In this document: positions 49,579 to 58,343 of the stretch, in pieces
Numbering within the stretch: the first letter of the stretch is position 1
Layout: every line of letters begins with the position of its first letter
Sequence record: PQ464590.1
DNA: 64,000 nt
Direction: 5' to 3' (one strand)
Translations under genes and position numbers: made by a program
The notes under the pieces: model-generated
The model's database searches: none
Told to the model about the DNA's origin: nothing
What the model saw: only the letters and a program-made list of their open reading frames with translations

Positions 49579-49764
49579 CTAGTAATAAAATTCCATATTT
49601 TCAATGATATTTCCTAAGTCAGCTTCGAAGCTTTTATTTTTACTGAAGTTGAAAATCATACTAGAAGTCCGTATTGGACACGCTTCGTCTACCACATTGT
49701 GTTCTTCTTTTTTTGAGTTACAGTGGCGGCATTTGGTGTTGTTACTACGGAACTTGTTATTCAT
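49579..49764 (-). CDS. Small CCHC zinc-finger-like protein
   Basis: CRHC......H......CP. Confidence 0.65.
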   Translation of the reverse strand: MNNKFRSNNTKCRHCNSKKEEHNVVDEACPIRTSSMIFNFSKNKSFEADLGNIIENMEFYY

Positions 49765-49826
49765 ATTACTTATTTTTTCCTAGTTTGTTGGTAAATTAAT
49801 AGTGCCATTTCAAATGACACTTAGTA

Positions 49827-49994
49827 CTACAATCTGAAACCGTAAACTGGTTTCTTTGGGTCTTCCTCGTACTTTTCAGTACTGAAAGATTTGAATGATC
49901 CACGACCAGGAGAAGGGCATTCAAATGTACCCGCCTTGTGATATAATTTCTCTTTACCACATTTCTTGCATTTATATCCGATTAGTTCTTTCAT
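49827..49994 (-). CDS. Small CCHC zinc-finger-like protein, 55 aa (not in ORF track)
   Basis: MKELIGYKCKKCGKEKLYHKAGTFECPSPG...; ATGA overlap with the upstream gene. Confidence 0.65.
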   Translation of the reverse strand: MKELIGYKCKKCGKEKLYHKAGTFECPSPGRGSFKSFSTEKYEEDPKKPVYGFRL

Positions 49995-50326
49995 ACTTCC
50001 TCTTCGAATCCAAACGTATCGAGGGAGTACTTGTTCAGATCCATCATCAGCACGTCAAGGTTGATATAACCAGTGAACATCTGCTGTGCATCGAAGTCTT
50101 CCAGAAGTTCAAGTACTGGACGATACGCAGGCCGCTCCATGAAGTTCTGAATATCTGAATTCAGAAATGATTGTACTTCATGGTAAACAATTCCACGCTC
50201 ATCAAACGTAACTAAAGTTACGTCAGTATTAGGACAGAGTGAACGAAGAGTACCTAGTACGTCTTTTTTACGAGCTTCATGATCGTACAAACCACTTGTG
50301 TCAACTGCAATTAGGAAAGTCTTCAT
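49991..50326 (-). CDS. Short vWA-like protein
   Basis: FLIAVDTSG (MIDAS-like start) and VTLVTFD. Confidence 0.55.
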   Translation of the reverse strand: MKTFLIAVDTSGLYDHEARKKDVLGTLRSLCPNTDVTLVTFDERGIVYHEVQSFLNSDIQNFMERPAYRPVLELLEDFDAQQMFTGYINLDVLMMDLNKYSLDTFGFEEEV

Positions 50327-50329
50327 TGT

Positions 50330-51010
50330 TTACCCTTTGTTGAAGTGACCAAAACCAACCATGCTAATAGCGGTCCCAGTACTGAATTTTACGAAATCGA
50401 ATTTTGGATAGTCAACCAACTGTTCAGTAAAGGTATCATACTTTTTGGTTTCTGTCAACACTGAACGTGAATCTTTTCCAAGTGAACGACTTTGTTCCAG
50501 TACTGCATTCTGTTCAATAGTATCAAAAGTGACCTTATTGAACGAGCTTACAGGCCATGAACCATAACGGTACGTTTGGATCGTAATGGTATTACCAATA
50601 TATTCAGTACTCATGGTCATGTATGGCTTTTTCATATCCACATTGCCATGTCCGTAGTGTTTGAAGTCCAGAACGATATTGGATTGTATTGCAATCAAAC
50701 ATTCACTGATTAGCTTGTTCAGGTGATAACGCTTCAGATGTGCACAGTTATGTTCAATATAAACTGTACAGTATGAACGTTCAGTACGCTTAGTACTGAT
50801 AAGCCCTTTTGGAGCTACGTACTTCCCACATAGTTGTTCAATACGTGGATCTTTATTTTCCAGTACTGGACCATTCCAATGGGAGAAATACGCATCAGTT
50901 ACAGTACTGTGCACTTCGAATAAACCTGTTAGACCTTTCTCATGAACTACTTTGAGCAGTTCATGGAAGTCAGTACTGATGAAGTTTTGAATGCAATACA
51001 TGCGTTTCAT
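50330..51010 (-). CDS. Hypothetical protein
   Basis: 226-aa ORF. Confidence 0.7.
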   Translation of the reverse strand: MKRMYCIQNFISTDFHELLKVVHEKGLTGLFEVHSTVTDAYFSHWNGPVLENKDPRIEQLCGKYVAPKGLISTKRTERSYCTVYIEHNCAHLKRYHLNKLISECLIAIQSNIVLDFKHYGHGNVDMKKPYMTMSTEYIGNTITIQTYRYGSWPVSSFNKVTFDTIEQNAVLEQSRSLGKDSRSVLTETKKYDTFTEQLVDYPKFDFVKFSTGTAISMVGFGHFNKG

Positions 51011-51963
51011 TGTTTTACGTATCCTGATTTGATTTTTGAAATTACTTTTTTGTCCATGAATTTTTTAGCTTCTTCATAGGACTCGAAATCTTTCTCATCT
51101 ACGGTACTGGATTTACCAACACCACCGTACTCAATGATGACGGCACAGTTATTGATTTCCACGTTGTAGAATTTGTGTGATTCTTCACTTTTGAAGACCA
51201 ATTGTACCATATCAGGAATATCTTTGCAAGATTTCCATTGAGACAAAATGAATTCGTTGTCATCAATAACATCATCCATATTGTAACCGTGATTGAATTC
51301 CTTATTACGAATAACAAGTTTGATCGCGGCCTCAAAGAAATCGAACCATTCAGGATCTTTCTTCAATGATTTAGTACAACTGAAGAAATCACCAGTGTAT
51401 TCTTCAAAATCTGAGAAGGATGGGATTTCACCTTCTTTGTACTCAAAGAAATCAGAACCTGGTACTTTGAATCCCTTGGTATGTGGATGCACCCACAGTG
51501 CTTCAGTGATAAGCGAACTGATATCTGCATCATCTGCCACTGAACCACACGAAATACTTTTGATTTTAGGAACTTCTTCCATCTCAATATCAAAGGTCGT
51601 CAGTGTTTCAATTGCATTACTCACAAGCAATTGTTTACCATTACCGGCATCAAAAATGATGAAATATACTTCCATCAGTTCGCCATCATCTTCTGCTAAA
51701 TCAGGAAGTGATGCAATCTGATTCATCAGGAGTTCTTGCTGTTTTGCAATAGTAGCTGCATCTGCATAGAAATACGTTGCACTGATATAAGAACACCCAG
51801 TGATAATACCATCATCACCAAAGTAATCTTCAGTACTGAATCTTTCATAATCATCACGTTGTGTAAGTACAAGCATTTCAACAATATTACTTACACCAGA
51901 AGGTTCTAGTTGTAGTAATTTTGCATTTTTCATTTTGGCTGATGCAATAACAGTAGTCTTCAT
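51007..51963 (-). CDS. Protein with C-terminal WGR-like domain
   Basis: SHKFYNVEIN...IIEYGGVG......KDFESYEEAKKFMDKKVISKIKSGY. Confidence 0.75.
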   Translation of the reverse strand: MKTTVIASAKMKNAKLLQLEPSGVSNIVEMLVLTQRDDYERFSTEDYFGDDGIITGCSYISATYFYADAATIAKQQELLMNQIASLPDLAEDDGELMEVYFIIFDAGNGKQLLVSNAIETLTTFDIEMEEVPKIKSISCGSVADDADISSLITEALWVHPHTKGFKVPGSDFFEYKEGEIPSFSDFEEYTGDFFSCTKSLKKDPEWFDFFEAAIKLVIRNKEFNHGYNMDDVIDDNEFILSQWKSCKDIPDMVQLVFKSEESHKFYNVEINNCAVIIEYGGVGKSSTVDEKDFESYEEAKKFMDKKVISKIKSGYVKQ

Positions 51964-52160
51964 TATGATCTCACAGGGTTCTTACGACACATTAGGGAAA
52001 GTGAATTACCTTCATGGATTTCATGACACGAATACGTCGCACCATCCATCTGTAATTGTACGAGGCCAGGGTACAGGGTATATGCTTCCCCTGGCTTTAC
52101 GTTCGGTTTAGAACAAGATACTAACATAAACGGTAGCAGTACTGCAAGAAGTTTTTTCAT
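51963..52160 (-). CDS. Small lipoprotein
   Basis: MKKLLAVLLPFMLVSC lipobox; TAATG-coupled. Confidence 0.7.
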   Translation of the reverse strand: MKKLLAVLLPFMLVSCSKPNVKPGEAYTLYPGLVQLQMDGATYSCHEIHEGNSLSLMCRKNPVRS

Positions 52161-53011
52161 TATTTTAGCGTATTCTTCCACTTGTTGAGTTTAGTGAGCA
52201 TGTACGTCAAGAACTCACGTTCGATTTCTTCAGGAGTCATATTATGACACTGCAACGCGAACATGTCAAGTGCACAAATAGCTAAATCTACCGCTTCACC
52301 CTTGATACCATCTTTGCCAGGTTCTTTGTATGAAAGACCTTGTGAGATGTTGATTTCAAGAGATAACTCACCTAGCTCTTCTGCACACTTCTTCATGACA
52401 TAATCTTCATGGCGTGATGCGTCTGTACCTTTTTTGCCTAGACCCACACTCATGTTGAACATTGACACTAATGATAATTCATCAAGAGAGATATTGTCAA
52501 GCTTATCTTTCAACTCATTCATCTCTTGCCATTCATCGTGTGGTACGATTTCGTACGGTGATAATGGTAATGTTTGTGTTTCACTCTTCGCCGCTTCTTT
52601 CAACTTCTGTACATAACCCTTTGCAGTACTAGTACTGACATTATTCATGTAATTCACAGCAGTACGTTGCTTGTTAGTCATGGATGGATCGAAGTACGAG
52701 ATATTACGATTGTACTTCTCCAGTAGATTACTTAGGCGATCCATACGGCCTTGGTGTTTTTCAGTATCACGCTCATTCTTGTGTGCGTACTCAAGACGAT
52801 AGATTGCTAACAGGATTTCGCCATCTGGAGTTATACGGTAATCTTTCCAAGCCCCACGCCCATTACCAAAAATACTATCAGGATTAGGCTCAAGATATCC
52901 ACCATCCAGAAGGAACTGTAGACTTGTTTTTGTTTCACCTTTCATGCTACGAACGTCGAAGTTTAAAGAACCTTTCTCGTTAGCATGATACAACATCTTT
53001 TCAATATTCAT
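52160..53011 (-). CDS. Two-domain protein with C-terminal MazG-like nucleotide pyrophosphohydrolase
   Basis: KCAEELGEL...GEAVDLAICALD; N-terminal winged-helix-like segment. Confidence 0.7.
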   Translation of the reverse strand: MNIEKMLYHANEKGSLNFDVRSMKGETKTSLQFLLDGGYLEPNPDSIFGNGRGAWKDYRITPDGEILLAIYRLEYAHKNERDTEKHQGRMDRLSNLLEKYNRNISYFDPSMTNKQRTAVNYMNNVSTSTAKGYVQKLKEAAKSETQTLPLSPYEIVPHDEWQEMNELKDKLDNISLDELSLVSMFNMSVGLGKKGTDASRHEDYVMKKCAEELGELSLEINISQGLSYKEPGKDGIKGEAVDLAICALDMFALQCHNMTPEEIEREFLTYMLTKLNKWKNTLK

Positions 53012-53361
53012 TACTTCTCCTGAATATATTTGATTAGTTCTAGTTTCTCATCTTCAGTAAGAGAATCTTTCTTCATTAGTGCATTCATCTTCTTTTGATT
53101 CTCTTTCTTGCGTGCTGCATTACGCAAAATAGTCTGACGAGCATCATATTCTTTATCAGTTTCTACGCGTTGCATTTCAATATCAACTGCACTATAAGAG
53201 TACGAATCAGTACTGTGAGCAACTAGAGTAGCATCTGGATAATCATCTACTAACTTCTGGAGTGTGGCAATGATTTCACGTACTTCCATCCCGCACATGT
53301 CTAGATCTTCGTATACGGTTGTTGTAATAACTAATTTTTTAGGGCTGTTGTTTACGCTCAC
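53011..53361 (-). CDS. Hypothetical protein (tandem paralogue A)
   Basis: RVETDKEYDAR...LTEDEK.ELI. Confidence 0.7.
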   Translation of the reverse strand: MSVNNSPKKLVITTTVYEDLDMCGMEVREIIATLQKLVDDYPDATLVAHSTDSYSYSAVDIEMQRVETDKEYDARQTILRNAARKKENQKKMNALMKKDSLTEDEKLELIKYIQEK

Positions 53362-53699
53362 TTGGACTCCATAATTAGGTCAATAAGTTGTTTCTTTTCT
53401 TCAACTGTGAGTACTGGTTTCGCCATTAGACGGTCAATTGCACTCTGATTATTGATGGCTTCTTGTACGATTTGTTCTTTAGTAATACGTGCATCGTACT
53501 CTTCATCAGTTTCTTCTCTGACGTGAACTACTGCATAGTACTGATCATTGTATAAACCATTTTCGGTTCTTAGTAGTACTGAATGTGGTTCATAACCTTT
53601 TTGGTATTTCGTGAGAACATCAATCATCGAAGTACAATCAGTATCATCGAAGCTAATTCTTCCTAGTTCGGTATAAATGAGTCGTTTCATATATTTCAC
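53358..53699 (-). CDS. Hypothetical protein (tandem paralogue B)
   Basis: REETDEEYDAR...LTVEEK.QLI. Confidence 0.7.
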   Translation of the reverse strand: MKYMKRLIYTELGRISFDDTDCTSMIDVLTKYQKGYEPHSVLLRTENGLYNDQYYAVVHVREETDEEYDARITKEQIVQEAINNQSAIDRLMAKPVLTVEEKKQLIDLIMESK

Positions 53700-53703
53700 C
53701 TAC

Positions 53704-53730
53704 AAAAAGAGGGAGCACACTGGCTCCCTT
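53704..53730 (-). terminator. Intrinsic terminator after groES
   Basis: AGGGAGC/GCTCCCT hairpin plus U-run. Confidence 0.75.
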
Positions 53731-53736
53731 GTATTA

Positions 53737-54033
53737 TTATTCGTCGTCTAGAATACCGACAATGCTTTCTTCATTCATAATGAGGTACTCTGTACCATCA
53801 AGACTGATTCGGTGTACACGCTTATCGTCACTGAAAGTTACCACATCACCCACTTTTACACCCATTGGTACATGTTTGCCTGATTCGGTAATAGAACCAG
53901 TACCAACAGCTAGAATTTCAGCACGGGTAGTTTCCTCATTACCAGAACTGGTGAGAAGAATCCCACCAGCAGACTTAGCTTCAATCACGATCTGTTTAGC
54001 CAGTACATGATTGTAAATCGGTCTGTATTTCAT
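53737..54033 (-). CDS. groES: Co-chaperonin GroES
   Basis: YRPIYNHVL, SAGGILL, ILAVGTG, VKVGDVV and YLIMNEESIVGIL; start MKYRP with RBS AAGGA. Confidence 0.95.
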   Translation of the reverse strand: MKYRPIYNHVLAKQIVIEAKSAGGILLTSSGNEETTRAEILAVGTGSITESGKHVPMGVKVGDVVTFSDDKRVHRISLDGTEYLIMNEESIVGILDDE

Positions 54034-54034
54034 A

Positions 54035-54571
54035 TCAATTTCCTTTATATTGACGTTTACGCTTAGTGCAATTTTTCCAAGAGCAGGAAGCACGGGAGAA
54101 CAAGTCATCCCAGTAATCAGGCATGTAGCCTTTAGAACGCTTCCCACGGAATGGTGGTTCACCCTCTTCTTTCACTACACCGCAAGCAGCACGCTTAGCT
54201 GGGATTGTGCAGACCTTCTTACGGTTACGAGTGGTGTGGCTGTGTCTCCAGCAACGACCGTAGTAACGGCGTGTACGTGGCTGTTTAGACCAGTAGTACG
54301 GCTGATATGCGTGCCATTCACCGATGAATAGATCCGGTGAAACCATTTTCCCATTCACGAATAGGTAGAAGCCGTGGTCATGCTCGAAGCTTTTATCGAA
54401 CCATGAACCGTACTGTTGTGACTTCTTCTCTTTGAATGCCCCTAGGTTGAACTTCATGGAACCGTAGAAACGATTGATTCCTCCGAAGTTCCACACATAA
54501 GAGTACATATCATCGATGAACTCTACTTTTCCGTTGTCGTGGTAAATTACAAATTTTTGTTCAATGAACAT
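54035..54571 (-). CDS. Hypothetical protein with basic C-terminus
   Basis: RGKRS..YMPDYWDD...SWKN. Confidence 0.7.
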   Translation of the reverse strand: MFIEQKFVIYHDNGKVEFIDDMYSYVWNFGGINRFYGSMKFNLGAFKEKKSQQYGSWFDKSFEHDHGFYLFVNGKMVSPDLFIGEWHAYQPYYWSKQPRTRRYYGRCWRHSHTTRNRKKVCTIPAKRAACGVVKEEGEPPFRGKRSKGYMPDYWDDLFSRASCSWKNCTKRKRQYKGN

Positions 54572-54641
54572 AGTATATCTCCTGAGTTAGTGTTAAGTAT
54601 CACTAAGCAAAAGACATACGACCCTTATGTAGTTTTTTCAA

Positions 54642-55265
54642 TTATTCATAATCCTGTGTAGTATGAGGGTAAGAGCAAATGATACGGCCTTTGTAAGACA
54701 GAATCGTTGCATCTTCACCATTTTCATTTTCAAACTCACGAACTTCAATGAGTCCGAATTTCACTTTCTTGGTACGCTTCATGTTATTGAGGTTCCAAGT
54801 ATTTACTAAGTGTTCTTTACAGTCTTTAGTACTGATCTTGTCTTTAGCAGGAACTGAAGGATCAGATAGTGATTCACCAAGAATATAAGTTAGTACTTCA
54901 TGAACTTCTTTCTTAGGTACATCATCGTAAGATAGTTCAGCAACACTTTCCATCGTACCAGGGAACAATACCCCTGAATCGATTAGTGGTTTGTAGATGT
55001 CATATAGTAGATAATCAAGGAATCCTTGGTCGTCTAAGTAATCAATCATCAACAGACCGAACATCATGATAGCTTCATCACCGTCATCCACTGGACGACC
55101 AATGACTAGTGAACCGTCAAATTCACTGAGAACATCGTCGATTTCATCATCTTCGTAGTCACCACCTGCTAGGGCTAGTTTCTTGATTTCTGAAAGAACC
55201 CACTGTTTGTTGTACAACGGACGAATCATTGAATCTTTATTTGCTACGACTTCTGACCATTCCAT
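54642..55265 (-). CDS. Hypothetical acidic protein
   Basis: 207-aa ORF, RBS AAGGAG. Confidence 0.7.
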   Translation of the reverse strand: MEWSEVVANKDSMIRPLYNKQWVLSEIKKLALAGGDYEDDEIDDVLSEFDGSLVIGRPVDDGDEAIMMFGLLMIDYLDDQGFLDYLLYDIYKPLIDSGVLFPGTMESVAELSYDDVPKKEVHEVLTYILGESLSDPSVPAKDKISTKDCKEHLVNTWNLNNMKRTKKVKFGLIEVREFENENGEDATILSYKGRIICSYPHTTQDYE

Positions 55266-55268
55266 ACA

Positions 55269-55973
55269 TTACTCCTTTGGAAATAAGATGCGAAACTCGG
55301 TCATGAGTTTGTTGTGTAAAGGTTTAGCGTATTCTATCACAGCACGCGAACGCTCGTCAAGAGTTCCTTCAGTACTGTAATAAATCTCTTCCATCTTTTG
55401 ACGGATATCGTCCAGGTACATGATGTGCAAATCTTTGCGAATAAGCGTCATATTCATCGTGTCGTTCGGGAATTCACAAAATGCCCAGATAGCCATTATA
55501 GGGAATTTGAACGCATGATACAAGTTCTTTAGTCCCAGTACTGGATCATAATCATGAGGAACTACCAACTTCTTGCGTCCCTTGTCGAACGCTCTGTCAG
55601 TACTGCGGCTAACCAATTTCCGTACTTTGCTCTTTTTCAATCCAGCGGTAAGTCTGAACGAGATATGATTCATGATATTCGTTTTGTTGGTCATGAAGCA
55701 CAGTATCTTCGGTTCTAGATTAGAAGCCAAATCATACACTTCATAGTCCTGCAAGTACTCTACATTGATAGGAATTTCACCACATTCTGGTAAGTACACG
55801 GTTTCATTCTCACGATTGAAACCCGTTACCATCTGTACTATTACGTCGATGTCACGTGGTACTGCACTTAGACCCCAATTTGCTTCAGCAAAGGAACCAA
55901 CAATGATTACACCTTCTGCCCATGACTCATCGAAGTAATCATAGATGGCTTGTGCCATTAATTCGGCATTCAT
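55269..55973 (-). CDS. Minimal nucleotidyltransferase (pol-beta fold) with helical C-terminus
   Basis: IIVGSF...RDIDVIV and KNLYHAF. Confidence 0.65.
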   Translation of the reverse strand: MNAELMAQAIYDYFDESWAEGVIIVGSFAEANWGLSAVPRDIDVIVQMVTGFNRENETVYLPECGEIPINVEYLQDYEVYDLASNLEPKILCFMTNKTNIMNHISFRLTAGLKKSKVRKLVSRSTDRAFDKGRKKLVVPHDYDPVLGLKNLYHAFKFPIMAIWAFCEFPNDTMNMTLIRKDLHIMYLDDIRQKMEEIYYSTEGTLDERSRAVIEYAKPLHNKLMTEFRILFPKE

Positions 55974-55986
55974 ATGTATTCCCCAT

Positions 55987-56011
55987 AAAAAAGCCCACAA
56001 AGTGTGGGCTT
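55987..56011 (-). terminator. Intrinsic terminator
   Basis: AAGCCCACA/TGTGGGCTT hairpin plus U-run. Confidence 0.8.
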
Positions 56012-56095
56012 AAAGTGTTTTCTAAACAACATGGAGTCAAATAATATTATTATTCTTATAACATTATTTATCAATATTGTTTAGAATAAGCCCGT

Positions 56096-56338
56096 TTAGA
56101 TACGGGTCCATTGTTGGTTTTTCACCTCAACAACTTTCTTTTTGCCCTGCTTCACTACTTCATAGGTAGTGATCATTGGAGAGCCTTTCACGCCAGTTTG
56201 TAAACCCTTGTCGGAAACAAGTAGACGGAACTGCTGACGGGTTAGAACACCGTCACGACGAAGACGCTTTAGATTCGCTAGTGCGTCAGCACGGTCTTGT
56301 TTAGCACGTTGGGTTTGAGCTTGTTGTTTCTGTTCCAT
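56096..56338 (-). CDS. Small basic protein
   Basis: Start MEQKQQ with RBS GAGG. Confidence 0.7.
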   Translation of the reverse strand: MEQKQQAQTQRAKQDRADALANLKRLRRDGVLTRQQFRLLVSDKGLQTGVKGSPMITTYEVVKQGKKKVVEVKNQQWTRI

Positions 56339-56351
56339 GTTTATTTCCTCT

Positions 56352-56765
56352 TTAGTTACTTTTGGTATATTTGCGGACTGCATCCATATCCAAATACTTC
56401 TGGAAACGTTGATACATTTCTTTCAGTACTGGTAGGTCTTGATACAAGATGTTAGGGTTTTCTATATTATCATAGAATTCTTCTTCTGTACAGTCAAATG
56501 ATACATTACTTATTCCTGTACCGAAATCTTCAAAATACTCACACTGTTCATCATACGAATCGTTATAGAGTTCATCATCTTCTAAATCTTCATCGTAATA
56601 ATTATAGATAGACATGGTACAATGGTTCAAACTGAAAGTCAACACATCAGTACTGATTTTTGCTGATTCTTGTAAGAAACATCTCCCATAATCAGATTCG
56701 AATTGTCGAATATTATCGACATTTTTCATCTGTTCAAATAATTTTTGAATCTCTGTCATATGCAC
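56352..56765 (-). CDS. EEEFFQ-motif paralogue (divergent)
   Basis: FDCTEEEFYDN. Confidence 0.65.
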   Translation of the reverse strand: MHMTEIQKLFEQMKNVDNIRQFESDYGRCFLQESAKISTDVLTFSLNHCTMSIYNYYDEDLEDDELYNDSYDEQCEYFEDFGTGISNVSFDCTEEEFYDNIENPNILYQDLPVLKEMYQRFQKYLDMDAVRKYTKSN

Positions 56766-56767
56766 CT

Positions 56768-56797
56768 ATTATATCACATTATTTGGGTTTGTCCCAA
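56768..56797 (-). promoter_or_regulatory. Promoter of the NTGGGA-N18-TATAAT class (copy 4)
   Basis: TTGGGA-CAAACCCAAATAATGTGA-TATAAT. Confidence 0.65.
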
Positions 56798-56838
56798 AAC
56801 TTTTTATTAAAATGGGGAAATTTCTTTCCCCTTGTAAC

Positions 56839-58305
56839 TTATAGGTTTTTCTCTGCGAACTCTGCGAGTGGAGAACGAACAACACCTTCTAGCTCAATTA
56901 CACGGCAACCAGGCCAGTCTTTGAATTTCTCGGTAACGTACGTTAGACCACTGTTCGTTGCACTGATGAACTTACTATCAATCTGGGAGAGGTTCCCCAT
57001 GATGATAACTTTACAGTTCTCACCTGCACGAGTCAGGATTGTTTTTGCCTGTGCTGGAGTAATGTTCTGGAATTCATCCACGATTAGAATCGTGTTGATG
57101 AAACTACGTCCACGGATGAAGTTCAGTGCTTTGAACTGAATCTGATTACGTTTCATAATCTCTTCAATGGAACCTTGAGGGTTCGCGTCATCTTTGTGTA
57201 GATATTCCAATGCATCAATCGCCGCACCACAGAACGGGATTACCTTCTCCGCTTCTGTGCCTGGTAAGAAACCAATCTCTTCAAATTGTGAATCCTGTGT
57301 CTTAGAGAAGATCACACGCTCAAAATGATTTCCACGGTTCTTAGGCTCCAGTACTAAGTCCAAAGCACATGCTAAGGTGATTAGTGTTTTACCTGTACCC
57401 GCTGAACCTAATAGTACTGTAATGTGTACATCAGGATCAAGAATACTATTGATTGCCATCGCTTGCTTCACGTTCTTAGCTTTGATGTCCCAGACTTTCT
57501 GACGAAGTGCTTGACTCTGACCAACATCCAAGAATATTTGGTACACAGTTTCATCAACTTCACCATCTGTGAACTCGCGATCACCAAGGCCATCATACAC
57601 TAAAAGTAGCTCATTGTCATCATAAATGTAGTCACCACAGCATAGACCGTCAGGAAGTAGACCATCAAGAGTACCTTCTGGAACCATGTGGTATAGTTTA
57701 CGACCTTCTTGTGTACTGAACACTTCTACATTCTTGTCTTCAATCTCTTTCCAGAAGTCAAAATCAATTAGATGATGACCAGTGTGGATTAGATCCGAGT
57801 CAGAAATGGTAACATCATTACGATAATCCTGTACTTCAACACCGTAAGCCATAGCTTTGATACGCATGTTGATATCACGAGTTACCAGTACTGAACCAGT
57901 TGCTAATGCTACAAGAATAATCTTGTCGTCCGGTACGGAACTATGCATTAGTGTAGCTACTTTTGCAGCTTCTTCATCAGGTTTGTCCTGATTCATAGCA
58001 CGCAATAGTGCTTCAGCTTCTTCAGCAGTAACGATTTGCAAACGACTGTCTGAATCCAAATGTGGATGCAGACGGGACATATCCACTCCAGTAGCTGAAA
58101 TTTCTTCGTGAGTAGCTTCTTCAAGAATGTTGCTGATGTTACGGATAGCGATACGTGCATCACGTGATACGTCAACGTTACGACTCTTGATTGAATCCAA
58201 CTCTTCCAGTACTGTAAATGGTAGTACTACTGTTGCTCCTTTGAATGCAGTTACTGCACTATGGTCACTTAGTAGTACGTTTGTATCGATAGCATATTTT
58301 TTCAT
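56839..58305 (-). CDS. phoH: PIN domain-PhoH ATPase (PhoH2/YlaK-like)
   Basis: YAIDTNVLL, VLEELD, LVTRD.NMR, GSAGTGKT, IGFLPG, RGRSF, DEFQN and GNLSQID. Confidence 0.92.
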   Translation of the reverse strand: MKKYAIDTNVLLSDHSAVTAFKGATVVLPFTVLEELDSIKSRNVDVSRDARIAIRNISNILEEATHEEISATGVDMSRLHPHLDSDSRLQIVTAEEAEALLRAMNQDKPDEEAAKVATLMHSSVPDDKIILVALATGSVLVTRDINMRIKAMAYGVEVQDYRNDVTISDSDLIHTGHHLIDFDFWKEIEDKNVEVFSTQEGRKLYHMVPEGTLDGLLPDGLCCGDYIYDDNELLLVYDGLGDREFTDGEVDETVYQIFLDVGQSQALRQKVWDIKAKNVKQAMAINSILDPDVHITVLLGSAGTGKTLITLACALDLVLEPKNRGNHFERVIFSKTQDSQFEEIGFLPGTEAEKVIPFCGAAIDALEYLHKDDANPQGSIEEIMKRNQIQFKALNFIRGRSFINTILIVDEFQNITPAQAKTILTRAGENCKVIIMGNLSQIDSKFISATNSGLTYVTEKFKDWPGCRVIELEGVVRSPLAEFAEKNL

Positions 58306-58343
58306 AAATGTCCTTATTCATGATTTGGGGGAGGTTTAGAACC

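Noticed and set aside
49937-49947. Plus-strand TGTGATATAAT as a fifth copy of the new promoter class
   Set aside because: Lacks the upstream TGGGA hexamer, lies inside a small ORF, and points away from any plus-strand gene.
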